Origin: Octopus bimaculoides
Taxonomy: Eukaryota
Assembly (NCBI RefSeq): GCF_001194135.2
Contig: NC_068984.1
Coordinates: 11,676,266-11,740,265, forward strand
Direction of reading: 5' to 3'
Length of the DNA stretch: 64,000 nt
Shown: positions 36,701 to 61,322 of the stretch, in pieces
Layout: each line of letters opens with the position of its first letter
How positions within the stretch are numbered: the stretch's first letter is position 1
Position numbers and translations under genes: made by a program
Notes under the pieces: model-generated
Database searches by the model: none
Seen by the model: the letters and a program-made list of their open reading frames with translations, nothing else
Told to the model about the DNA's origin: nothing

Positions 36701-39700
36701 TTTCTTCTATAAATATGTACCTTGAGTCATGGAATCATTCTATCTTGCACTTCCAATGTCGAGAACGTCACTGTATCGAGAAATCTTGTCCTTTTTATTT
36801 TTTACGCTTAACCCGTTTGATACTAACCTGCTCGAGATTAGCCCTAAAATACAAATTCCTTTTTGAAAAGTGATCTAAAATAAAACTTTCTGTTTGAATT
36901 TCATGTTAATTTAGATTTCCAACACCAGCTTAATAATAACAAAGTTAATTTAATGAATTCTTCAGTACTTTCAAAATTAATTAAAACAAATGTAGATAGA
37001 AGTTTGTGTCCCAACCACATGGTTCCAGGTTGAGTCCCACTGCGTGGCACCTTGGGCAAGTGTCTTCTGCTATAGCCTCGGGCCTTATGAGTGGATTTGG
37101 TAGACGTAAACTGAAAGAAGCCTGTCATATATATATATATGTATATGTATGTATGTATGCATTTGTGTGTCTATGTTTGTCCCCCCCACCATCGCTTGAC
37201 AACTAATGTTGGTGTGCTTACGTCCCTGTAACTTAGAGGTCCAGCAAAATTAACCAATAGAATAAGGTACTAGGCTTACAAAGAATAAGTCCTGCGGTCG
37301 ATTTCTTTGATTAAAAGTGGTGCTCCAGTATGGCCACAGTTAAATGACTGAACCAAGTAAAAGAATATATTATTACAAAAAAGGTTAAGATCTAGAGATG
37401 CTAGGGCTTAGCTATCTTCCTAGGGTTTATCATCTTTTAGAGACAAAATTTAAATACTTTTATTAACATTAAGATGCAGACATAAACATGTCATTAAACA
37501 GTCCACTTTGTAACCATATGGTTCTTCATTTTTTTATTGTTTTTTTTTTTTAGTTTTCTATTTTTGTCATATTTTAAATTTTCTGTGAACATATGGTGCA
37601 GCCATGAGGAAATATTACGTTGCTTAGAGACAGTTGAGGGTTGGTGATAGGAAGGGCATCCTAGTCATAGAAAATCCATCTTAAATTCTGTCTGACCCAA
37701 CCAAGCATGGAAAACAACAGCAACAATAATAAGATCTGTCTCTCTTAATTTTTTGCAGCCCTTGGGTTTTCAGACTACACAGGATTACTTGCTTTACATT
37801 CTGAAATCATGGTAAGTACATTTTTGCTAATTTTTTTCAACATTAGTGTCCTGTTATCATTTCATAAAATTCCAGCAACAAAGAATATTAATCCTTATTG
37901 TCCGTGTAATGACAGTGCCCCAGCTTGGCCACAGTTTGCTAGTAAAATAGTATTTATATATGTATGGAGACCATTCTGTTGCAAGCATTTGAGCCAGCAC
38001 TCCAGTTTTAAATTATCTTCCTTCCTCTCTTCCACCAACCTCAAAGGCCTTGTAAAATGCTATGAGCACTACCCATCCCTCCTGATTAAAGGGATATGAA
38101 AAAGTTAGACATATTATTTGGTCAGCAAGTAGTGATTGCAAGATTATTATACTGTTTTAAAGAGAAATCTTATTTCTGTTGGATGTTTTAGTTCCTAGTC
38201 ACTTCATTAAATCTGTTTATACAATCCAAAATATATATTAAAATAGCTGTTCTCATTACTGTTGATCGAGTTCTGATAACATTGCAGCTTCGAGGAACCA
38301 ACAGATCTAGAAGCTTTGCAAACAATAAAACTAGAAGCTTTTATAATAATGTTTGAGGCTTTGACACTGAATGTTTACAATACTTAAGGCTTTTTTTCCA
38401 TGCATATAAACAACAACTATCATAATGTTCATCAGAAAATTAGGGGGCTTGTTCATACAATTATTTTTCACTCTCCAAATGGAGGAAAAGGAAGAAAAGT
38501 TATGAAAGATCAGAAGAGATGTGTAAGCATTCTTAAAACTAAAATTCTCGACTTTTAACTTCATATCTTAAGGAGATTTGTGGGTTACAGCACAAGCTTA
38601 CCAGTGCTATTGTCACAATATGATTCACCCAGTATTCTCTGAAAATTAATTGTGGAACAAGTGGAGAAAACATAGTGAAGAAGATCCTTTAGTCTTGTCT
38701 TGTCCATAACAACCTTTTTACTGCTCCAGCTGACTGATGCCTTGTAAGTGATTTTGTTAGATGGAAACTGTGTAGAAGTCCATTGTGTGTGTGTGTGTGT
38801 GTTTGTCCCTGCACTGCATGACCATTGATGTCTGTTTGTTTATGTCCCCTTTAACTTAGTGCTTCAGCAAAAGAAACTAATAAAATAAGTGTCACACTTA
38901 AAAAAAGTAATCCTGAGGTTGATTTGTTTGACTAAATTCTTCAAGGTGATGCCCTAGCATGGCAACGGTCAAATTGCTGAAATAAGTGAAAGATAACAGA
39001 TTGTATTTTATGATTTTTGTATTGCTTCTGCACACGGTCCAGTAAGAAGTTTATTTGCTTGGTTTCTTTACTCAATAATACAAACAGTAATCAGGAAGAT
39101 TTTAAAATCTAAATGTTGCAACAATAACAGAGGATCCCTGATGAGTTGTCTTTTCTTTTCTTTTGTGCAACAGCTAAACATCATGAGTCACCTTGATGTG
39201 AAAAGCCTCTCAAAATTCAGTCAAGTCTGTCGACATTTATGGATTTTAAGTCAAGATAACCTTTTATGGAGGACATTGTGCCAAAGAGACTTCAAAGGTA
39301 AGTTGAACGAAAGTCTAAAAGACCACCATCATCATCACTGGTTCTCAACTAGGGTCCATTTAAGATTTCATTAAAATTTATCTGCAATTTATCTCCTAGG
39401 CATAGGAGTGGCTGTATGGTAAGTAGCTTGCTTACGAACCACATGGTTCTGGGTTCAGTCCCACTGCATGGCACCTTGGGCAAGTATTTTCTACTATAGC
39501 CTCGGGCCAACCAAAATCTTGTGAGTGCATTTGGTAGACAGAAACTGAAGGAAGCCCGTCGTATATATGTATATATATGTATGTGTGTTTGTGTGTCTGT
39601 CCTCCCCAACATCGCTTGACAACCGATGCTGGTGTGTTTACATCCTCGTAACTTAGCGGTTTGGCAAAAGAGTCTGATAGAATAAGTACTAGGCTTACAA

Positions 39701-41350
39701 AGAATAAGTCCTAGGGTCGATTTGCTCGACTAAAAGGTGGTGCTCCAGCATGGCCACAGTCAAATGACTGATACAAGTAAAAGAGTAATTAATTAATTAT
39801 AGTTTTACAATACACAAAGTACATGAACAATTTTTTTTTTCTACAATTCCTAATTGATTTTAATATCCACTTTTCCATGCTTGTGTGGTTTGGATGGAGT
39901 TCATTGAAAAAGATTCTCTATAGCCAGATGCCTTTCCTGTCACTAACGCTTACATGTTTCAAGCAAGGTAGTATATTACCATATACAGACCAGACATGTT
40001 ATCGCAACATATTGGAAATGAAAGACACTGTTTATATGACAGAATAGTCATTTAAATCTATCATATGAGATGTCAATATAAGGAGACACACACACACACA
40101 CACATATATCTAATAGGATTCTTTCAGTTTCCATCTGCTGAATCTACTTACAAACTTTAGTTGGCCTGGAGCTATAGTATACGACATTTGCCCTAGGTGA
40201 CATGCTGGGGGACTGAACCCGAAACTGCATGTTTGCAAAGATATCTTCTTGACCTCACAGCCATGTCAGTTTTAAATTCATAAGCTTTCAATTGCTACAT
40301 AGTTCATTTTATTTCTCTAATTCAAGATATTTAAACTATTCATGCCACCACTTATATTTTTTTTCCCTTTTTATATTGATTCTGACCACTTTGTCTCTTG
40401 CAGAACTTTTAACTCTTGTTTAATTTTCCCCCAGACAAAGAGAGAGAGGGATAAAACAGACAGACATTAATACAAGCAATATTTCCCTCTGGCATTGATT
40501 TACCAGTTTGTTATCTTTCTGACACCTTTTCTTTGACTTGTTTCAGTCATATGACTGTGGCCAAGCCGGAGCACCACCTTTAGTTGAACAAATCGACCCC
40601 AGGACTTATTCTATCGGTCTCTTTTGCCGAACTGCTAAGTTACAGGGACATAAACACACCAACATCGGTTGTCAAGCAATGGAGGGGAGACAAACACAAA
40701 CATACACACACGAATCATCATCATCATCGTTTAACGTCCGCTTTCCATGCTAGCATGGGTTGAACGATTTGACTGAGGACTGGCGAACCAGATGGCTACA
40801 CCAGGCTCCAATCTGATTTGGCAGAGTTTCTACAACTGGATGCCCTTCCTGACGCCAAACACTCAGAGAGTGTATATATATATGTATATATATATATATA
40901 TATACCTAGATACATATGCACACACGATGGGCTTCTTCCAATTTCTGTCTACCAAATTCACTCACAAAACTCAGTTTTATGGGGACAGGGTTTTTTAGCA
41001 TTTTTTTGTTTACTACAGTGTCCTTTTTGGAAATTACTATTATTGTCTTTTATCTAAATGGACTTCAAATCTTTTTCAGAATGTGACACGACAGATGTTG
41101 CTAATGACTGGAAAAAAGTAAGTATTTAATAATAATTCTTCTTTCTACTAAAGGCACAAGGCCTGAAATTTGAGGGAGGGAGATTATCGATTAGATTGAT
41201 CCCAGTACATAACTGGTACTTCGTTTATCGACCCCGAAAGAATGACAGGCAAAGTTGACCTCGGTAGAATTTGAACTCAGAACATAGCGACAGATGAAAC
41301 ACCGCTAAGCATTTTGCCCGGCATGCTAACGATTCTGCCAGCTCGCTGCC

Positions 41351-41385
<35 letters not shown>

Positions 41386-44300
41386 CCTTTCTACTAAAGG
41401 CACAAGGCCTGAAAACTAGTCAGCTACACTGACCCCAGTACACAACTGGTACTTAATTTATCAACTCTGAAAGAACGAAAGGCAAAGTCGACGTCGGAAT
41501 TTGAACTCAGAATGTAAAGCCATAGGAAATGCTGCTAAGCATTTTGTTTGGTATGCTCACAATTCTGCCAGCTTGACACTTTATTTCTTCTTCATCATCA
41601 TTTAACATCCGTTTTCCATGCTGGTATGTGTTGGACGGTTTGACTGGAGACTGGCAAGCCAGGAGGCCACACCAGGCTCCAATCTGATCTGGCAATGTTT
41701 CTACAGCTGGATGCCCTTCTTAACGCCAACCACTACAAGAGTGTAGTGGGTGCTTTTTATGTGCCACCAGCACGGAAGCCAGTCAGGCGGCACTGGCATT
41801 GGCCTTGTTCAGATGGTGCTTTTTACGTGCTACAGGCACAGAAGCCAGTTCAGGCTGGCATCGACCACATTCAGATGGTGCTTTTTATGGGCCACTGGCA
41901 CGGGGAGCCAGTCAGGTGGCACTGGCAGCAACCCATGCATTTCATAATAATAATCCTAATTTCCCACTGTGGAGCACCTTTGGCAATGATTCTGCCAGCT
42001 CAGTCTTGCCCCAGTTTTACAATTGACAACAATTTTTACTAAATTCTGAATTCATTTCAGATTAATTGAAATAAACGAAGTGTATTTTAACAGAATTATT
42101 GTAACAAAAAAGTTAATCTTTTGAAAAAGATTTACTTAAAAATATCAAATTTCTTAGTTCTTATGATTAACCCTTTTGGTACCAAACCACCCTGAAGCCA
42201 CTCCTGGATTTATGATAAGAAATTTTGTTTTTAAGTTACCTGAATTAAAATGTTGCATAAAAGTTGTGTTAATTTACATTCCCAACAACAGCTTAATAAT
42301 CTCACATTCTGAGTTGCTGAAGCATGGAACAAACTACCTGCATCAGTCGTTAGTTGCTGAGACATTGCATCCTTTAAAACCTCCATGCTTCCTGAAATTC
42401 TACACTACACCTGACATCCCCATCTCCATATGCATGCACACATGTATATCATGACTCATACACTGTTTGCTTTCCTGACTTCTGTACATAATTCTTTGTA
42501 CTGTTCATGCTCCTTTGATGAGCACTATACACAATAATTTCATTATTACCTCTGCCTTAGCGAAGGCGGAGGTATTGTTTTCTGTTGTGTTTCTTTGTTT
42601 TTTTGTCCATGGACAAGATATCTTAAGAACCGCTGGATGGATTTGGATGAAGCTTTTAGTGACGTTTGGCCTCGTGACTGGCATGAACTGATTAGATTTT
42701 GGGATCAATCCGGTACTGGACAAGGATTCTGGATTATTTTGTTTTTTTTTTGTTTTTTTTTTATTTTTGAGAGCAGTCGGGTTCATTTCAGATATTCTCA
42801 TTTTTGAAATCATCTCCGGCTAATCGTTGGTGTTGCCTTGGTGGAGGTTTGCGCTCTCTGAGTGCTCTTGTTATTATCATATCATTAAATTCTCAATTAT
42901 TTTCCAAACAAACAAAAGCAATGTATTTCAATGAAAATTGGTAACATAAGAGTTAAACATGATTTTTTAAATTTGAACCTAAANNNNNNNNNNNNNNNNN
43001 NNNNNNNNNNNNNNNNNNNNNNNNNNNNNNNNNNNNNNNNNNNNNNNNNNNNNNNNNNNNNNNNNNNNNNNNNNNNNNNNNNNNNNNNNNNNNNNNNNNN
43101 NNNNNNNNNNNNNNNNNNNNNNNNNNNNNNNNNNNNNNNNNNNNNNNNNNNNNNNNNNNNNNNNNNNNNNNNNNNNNNNNNNNNNNNNNNNNNNNNNNNN
43201 NNNNNNNNNNNNNNNNNNNNNNNNNNNNNNNNNNNNNNNNNNNNNNNNNNNNNNNNNNNNNNNNNNNNNNNNNNNNNNNNNNNNNNNNNNNNNNNNNNNN
43301 NNNNNNNNNNNNNNNNNNNNNNNNNNNNNNNNNNNNNNNNNNNNNNNNNNNNNNNNNNNNNNNNNNNNNNNNNNNNNNNNNNNNNNNNNNNNNNNNNNNN
43401 NNNNNNNNNNNNNNNNNNNNNNNNNNNNNNNNNNNNNNNNNNNNNNNNNNNNNNNNNNNNNNNNNNNNNNNNNNNNNAAATATAAAGGACTGTTTCGGTC
43501 TCAGAAACGAACTGAAGTGTTACGAGATCCACTAAATCCTTTGTGCTTCCAGATGCCTCATCCTTTTTGCTTTCCCCCTCCCGCACCACAACCATCGCCT
43601 TTCTCAACTATTGGAGGAGACTATGACCTACAACCAGCGTACTTTACCAGTAAGTATGTTGTTGAATAACTTTATCTGTGTACCAAAGAAGATGCAGAAA
43701 ATTATTTAGGGAAGGGAATAAACTGAAGTATGGCTCATTTGGTCAGTTAACTGTCTGTCATCATCATCATTTAACGTCCGTTTTCCATGCTAGCATGGGT
43801 TGGACGGTTTGACTGAGGTCTGGAGAGCTGGTGGCTGCACCAGGCTCCAATCTGATCTGGCAGTGTTTCTACAGCTGGACGACCTTCCTAATGCTAACCA
43901 CTCCAAGAGTGTAGTGGGTGCCACCGGCACAGGAGCCAGTCAGGTGGGCCTGGCATCGATCATGTTCGGATAGTGCTTTTTACGTGCCACCGGAACTTTT
44001 CCTGAGTGTTTGTTATAGAATGTATTTCAGCTGAGGACCAGGAGGTGGTGGTAAACTGAATGATGGGTTAAGTCTTCCACCCATGAACAGAAACAATCTC
44101 TGTGATGGGCTTCCACACAGTTTCCATCTACCAAATTCCATTTACAAGGTTTTGGATAGTAGGAAACATTCAGGAAAAGTACTGGCATAGGCCACATTTG
44201 ATTGGTGCTTTTTACATGCCCCAGCATGAGAGCCAGTCAGGCGAACCTGACATCGGCCACGTTCTGTTGGTGCTTTTTATGTGCCACTAACACAGGAACC

Positions 44301-45246
44301 ATTCAGCTGGATCTGGCATTGACCTCTTTCGGATGGTGCTTTTTTACATGCCACCGGCATGGGAGCCAGTCAAACGGAACTGGCCACAGCTACGATATTG
44401 GTTTTACTTCTTGAGCATATCATATCACCCAACGCATCAGGGGTATTCTTAACAGGGCCAGACATGCCTGGCTGTGATCTCACTTTAGTTACTGGGTCTT
44501 CTCAATCTGTCTGCTGAAGAAAGGATCAATTTTATGACATGAAAACTTAGTAAGAGGCCTTATGAGTCCTATGGTTTAGGAAAGAACAAAAAATAATCTT
44601 GAATTTAAGGACCTAAAGGAATCACCTTAATTTTTAGGTAGTAATACAAAAAAAAAGGGTATAATAGATAAGTCACTTTGGTAGATGAACTCCAATTTTT
44701 CATGTGGTTACACGTTCCTACCACTCTGCAATCCCTTTGAGACTTTGATTTTAGCAACAATCAGCAAAATCTTTAAATATTAGTGAGAAAACCAGAGAAA
44801 AACCCGTGTTTTACAAAAGAAGTCCCTTGTTTCCTTCAATACAGCAAACAGTAAATAATACATTCATTAGTTGGCTGCAAGTACACCTCATTGACAAGGC
44901 TCAACAAGGCCTAAATGCAGTTTGGCTTTCTCACCAGCCTCTGCTGGGATGGTTTTTCTTCTCCCTCTCATAGTGTTTTTAAACACAACACATCCATAAA
45001 ATATTCTCTTTCAGGCAGAAACCACAGTTAACTGTGTGTATACATTACAATACATAGATGGCTTTTACCAAATTTACAATCCCACCCACCATCTCTGCAA
45101 AAAAAAAAATAAATAAATAAATAAATAAAACCAGCTTTATATTTTTAGAAAAATTGAGAGTACGTTGGATATAATCAGCTTTTAAAATTCAGTATTAACT
45201 ATCTTTTGCAGCCAGATCAAGACTCTTCCGAGATCCATTCATGTAG
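30613..45246 (+). CDS. FBXO7: F-box only protein 7 (spliced): join 30613-30740, 31826-31982, 32737-33000, 33618-33801, 34701-34790, 34957-35049, 37759-37811, 39174-39297, 41080-41117, ~43478-43649, 45212-45246; about 445 aa
   Basis: Hand-spliced exons have GT-AG boundaries and consistent phases. The translation shows Ubl (MKVRVRF...IVSGDLLHVI), FP domain (LIVALHYLMLDSGF, YKLYYFHPFCKG, KLTRIFKD), F-box (LLALHSEIMLNIMSHLDVKSL...DNLLWRTLCQRDF) and IGGDYDL. This domain order matches FBXO7 as I recall it. Confidence 0.92.
31826..31982 (+). CDS. FBXO7: FBXO7 exon 2 (SFSLSLNKTDIFKDETQTLKDCEIVSGDLLHVI...DPQ), Ubl C-terminal half
   Basis: Acceptor ttcttttcag and donor CAG|GTAAGG; 157 nt in phase; IVSGDL motif. 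Confidence 0.92.
32737..33000 (+). CDS. FBXO7: FBXO7 exon 3 (Ser/Thr-rich linker plus start of FP domain, ...LIVALHYLMLDSGFYLCD)
   Basis: Lies within ORF 32686-33048; donor GAT|GTAAGT at 33001; acceptor ttttatttgaag at 32736 is plausible but weaker. Confidence 0.85.
33618..33801 (+). CDS. FBXO7: FBXO7 exon 4 (FP domain, GSEIPD...YKLYYFHPFCKGAMCLMICIPMGSKLVIN-G)
   Basis: Acceptor ttctttttcaag and donor G|GTAGTC; 184 nt; in ORF 33537-34145. Confidence 0.9.
33880..34190 (+). mobile_element. CR1-type LINE 3' end in FBXO7 intron 4 (second remnant near 42300-42490)
   Basis: ...FSTLKVVEAWNKLPASFKTSILPEIHQNCT* followed by CCTGATACCCACCTCCCTCC; same tail recurs at 42320-42420. Confidence 0.75.
34701..34790 (+). 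CDS. FBXO7: FBXO7 exon 5 (KVVAPKVENSSLPKAILCPKEYVNEESNS)
   Basis: Acceptor ttcttctgctgacag and donor CAG|GTTTGT; 90 nt, phase 1-1, open. Confidence 0.82.
34957..35049 (+). CDS. FBXO7: FBXO7 exon 6 (SSTTSYQKLPKLTRIFKDTFVLCMLGELKH)
   Basis: Acceptor ttttttgcctttcag and donor G|GTTAGT; YxxLxKLxRxFKD end of the FP domain. Confidence 0.9.
37759..37811 (+). CDS. FBXO7: FBXO7 exon 7 (ALGFSDYTGLLALHSEIM), F-box start
   Basis: Acceptor ttttttgcag and donor ATG|GTAAGT; 53 nt bridging phase 1 to phase 0. Confidence 0.88.
39174..39297 (+). CDS. FBXO7: FBXO7 exon 8 (LNIMSHLDVKSLSKFSQVCRHLWILSQDNLLWRTLCQRDFK), F-box core
   Basis: In ORF 39141-39374; acceptor caacag and donor AAG|GTAAGT; F-box consensus. 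Confidence 0.95.
39399..39785 (+). mobile_element. tRNA-derived SINE family A (CORE-like box), near full length. Other copies: 26612-27006(-), 29562-29951(-), 31548-31705(+), 37000-37365(+), 40110-40268(-), 40530-40712(-), 49560-49700(+), 54455-54590(+), 63855-64000(-)
   Basis: Head GGAGTGGCTGTATGGTAAGTAGCTTGCTT...GGTTCAGTCCC with pol III A/B-like boxes, GGCACCTTGGGCAAGT core and GACTGAAACAAGTAAAAGA tail recur throughout the window. Confidence 0.88.
41080..41117 (+). CDS. FBXO7: FBXO7 exon 9 (38 nt; ECDTTDVANDWKK)
   Basis: Acceptor tctttttcag and donor AAA|GTAAGT; DWK motif typical after F-box domains. Confidence 0.85.
41595..41940 (-). mobile_element. SINE-like family C with RTE-type (ATG)n tail. 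Other copies: 15460-15720(+), 19030-19275(+), 27660-28230(-), 28545-29090(+), 35815-36120(-), 40715-40870(-), 43745-44000(-), 47660-47810(+), 48040-48240(-), 51105-51305(-), 52150-52350(+), 56520-56760(-), 59000-59360(-), 63175-63560(-)
   Basis: Core AAGGGCATCCAGCTGTAGAAAC and tail CCAACCCATGCTAGCATGGAAAACGGACGTTAAA(TGA)n recur. Confidence 0.85.
42543..42872 (+). mobile_element. Helentron-associated non-autonomous element (HINE/DINE-1-like)
   Basis: 5' hairpin ACCTCTGCCTT-agcg-AAGGCGGAGGT, (GTTT)-like tract, 3' subTIR GCCTTGGTGGAGGT and terminal stem-loop GCGCTC-tct-GAGTGC. Confidence 0.75.
43479..43649 (+). CDS. FBXO7: FBXO7 exon 10 (YKGLFRSQKRTEVLRDPLNPLCFQMPHPFCFPPPAPQPSPFSTIGGDYDLQPAYFT); acceptor hidden in N-gap 42984-43478
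   Basis: Open frame from the gap edge; proline-rich with the IGGDYDL PI31/FBXO7 motif; donor A|GTAAGT at 43650. Confidence 0.85.
45212..45246 (+). CDS. FBXO7: Probable FBXO7 terminal coding exon (T-RSRLFRDPFM*)
   Basis: Branch-like TATTAAC then tcttttgcag acceptor; phase 1 fits; ends in FM* like human FBXO7 (recalled); followed by an AT-rich UTR-like tract with AATAAA at 45542. Confidence 0.6.
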
Positions 45247-45541
45247 GCAATATCAGAAAAGTAAGTTTACTTCAATCACTACTCACTGAGATCAAAGAAG
45301 ATGAAGAAATTAAATCCCCCCCCCCCCCAGCAATTTTTAAATACAGATAATCCTATCAATAAAATATTAATTTTATTATAAATATTGATTTATGTAATTG
45401 ATGATATTTTGTTTTGTACACAGTTTACCATATTTGGTATTGTTTGTAATTTCAAAATGTAAATAACCTCAGTTGCTTTTAATGTAAAATATATTGTTGA
45501 CTCATGATGACTACTGTACATATATAAATGCAACATTGTGT

Positions 45542-45547
45542 AATAAA
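45542..45547 (+). terminator. Candidate FBXO7 polyadenylation signal AATAAA
   Basis: About 295 nt after the stop and followed by a T-rich tract; another AATAAA sits at 45358-45363. Confidence 0.5.
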
Positions 45548-46658
45548 GTTTATTTATCTTAGTTTTTATCTTACTTTATTTTAATACAAGTTTCCAATAG
45601 GTCAATCATTGATTCATTACATTTCGGATAGTGAGAATTATAAAGGGAGTGCCTGTAACTCAGTGCAGAACAAATATTGCAAAGGGCTTTGTTCAAAGAG
45701 CACTGGCTTTTTTTTCTTCACCAAAATTTACATGGAGACACACATGTCTTCTTTCAGTTTTCATCTCATGAATCCACTCACAAGGCTTTAGTCAGCCCAG
45801 GGCTGTAGAAGAAGACACTTGCCCAAGGTGTCATGCACCTTAAACTCTTTCTCAAGCTTTTAAATCAACAGTGGAAGAATAGTGTCTGTTGTAAGCCAAA
45901 GCTATAGACCTTGTTTCCCAACACAGTAACGAGGTTTGATTTTCTGATTATTTTGTCTGTAGTTTATTTTCCATTCTATTCTACAAAAATTTTATCTGGG
46001 CGAGACAGGGTTAGGTTGTTCTATAAATTCAAATATTTCCTGGACTTTTTGGATCAGATTTTAAAATTTATCTTGTAGACACCTTTCTTCTAGTGTCATG
46101 TGATTAGCAATTGAATGGATACCTCACTAAAGAAATTTTATTTTTTATCTTTTAAGCAGGAAGGGAAACCAGCACCTATGACCTTTTTAAAAGGCCTCTG
46201 AGGCTGGTGGAATGGAAGGAGAGAGTGGAGTGGTGGTATTCTGAAACCTGGCTCGAATGTTTGCTAGAGAATGGACTCTGCTAAAGGCATTCAAGATACC
46301 AGGCGGTGGTGTGAAACCAGGCAGCAGATTATGTCTACAATCCCAGTAAGCTATAGCAGGATTTCAAACGCCACACAAAGAACCAGCACAAGGAATCGAC
46401 CAATCCACTGCCATGGACCATAGCACTTTTTCTGTTGACCCCTAAAAGGATGAAAGCAAAGTTTACCTTGGAGCGATCTGAATTCAGAGTGTCAGAAGAA
46501 ATATTATGAAGTACCTTATCCAGTGTGCTAATGACTCCTCCAACTCGTAGCTGACATAAAACACTATCACAATACTTTATCTCTGAAACCTGTTAACATA
46601 TATCTGAAACGGTCTATATTCCAAATGAAACAAGTCTAATTAAATAACATTAATTGTT

Positions 46659-46664
46659 TTTATT
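46659..46664 (-). terminator. Candidate UBA3 proximal polyadenylation signal AATAAA
   Basis: TTTATT on + strand about 150 nt downstream of the UBA3 stop. Confidence 0.45.
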
Positions 46665-46810
46665 AATTTATCTAATCCACAATGAAAAATAAAAAAAAAA
46701 TAAATGCTTGCATATAAAAATTAGGCAGAAGCAAGTGAAGAAATTTAGAAAAGGATCAACAGATCCTATGAATGTCTTTTGTTTTGGTTTTGGATATAAT
46801 GGCAGGCTTC

Positions 46811-61322
<14,512 letters not shown>

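Noticed and set aside
46158-46300. Possible FBXO7 last exon (RRETSTYDLFKRPLRLVEW...)
   Set aside because: No resemblance to FBXO7 tails, it lies beyond the better exon and poly(A) signal, and is probably retroelement debris.
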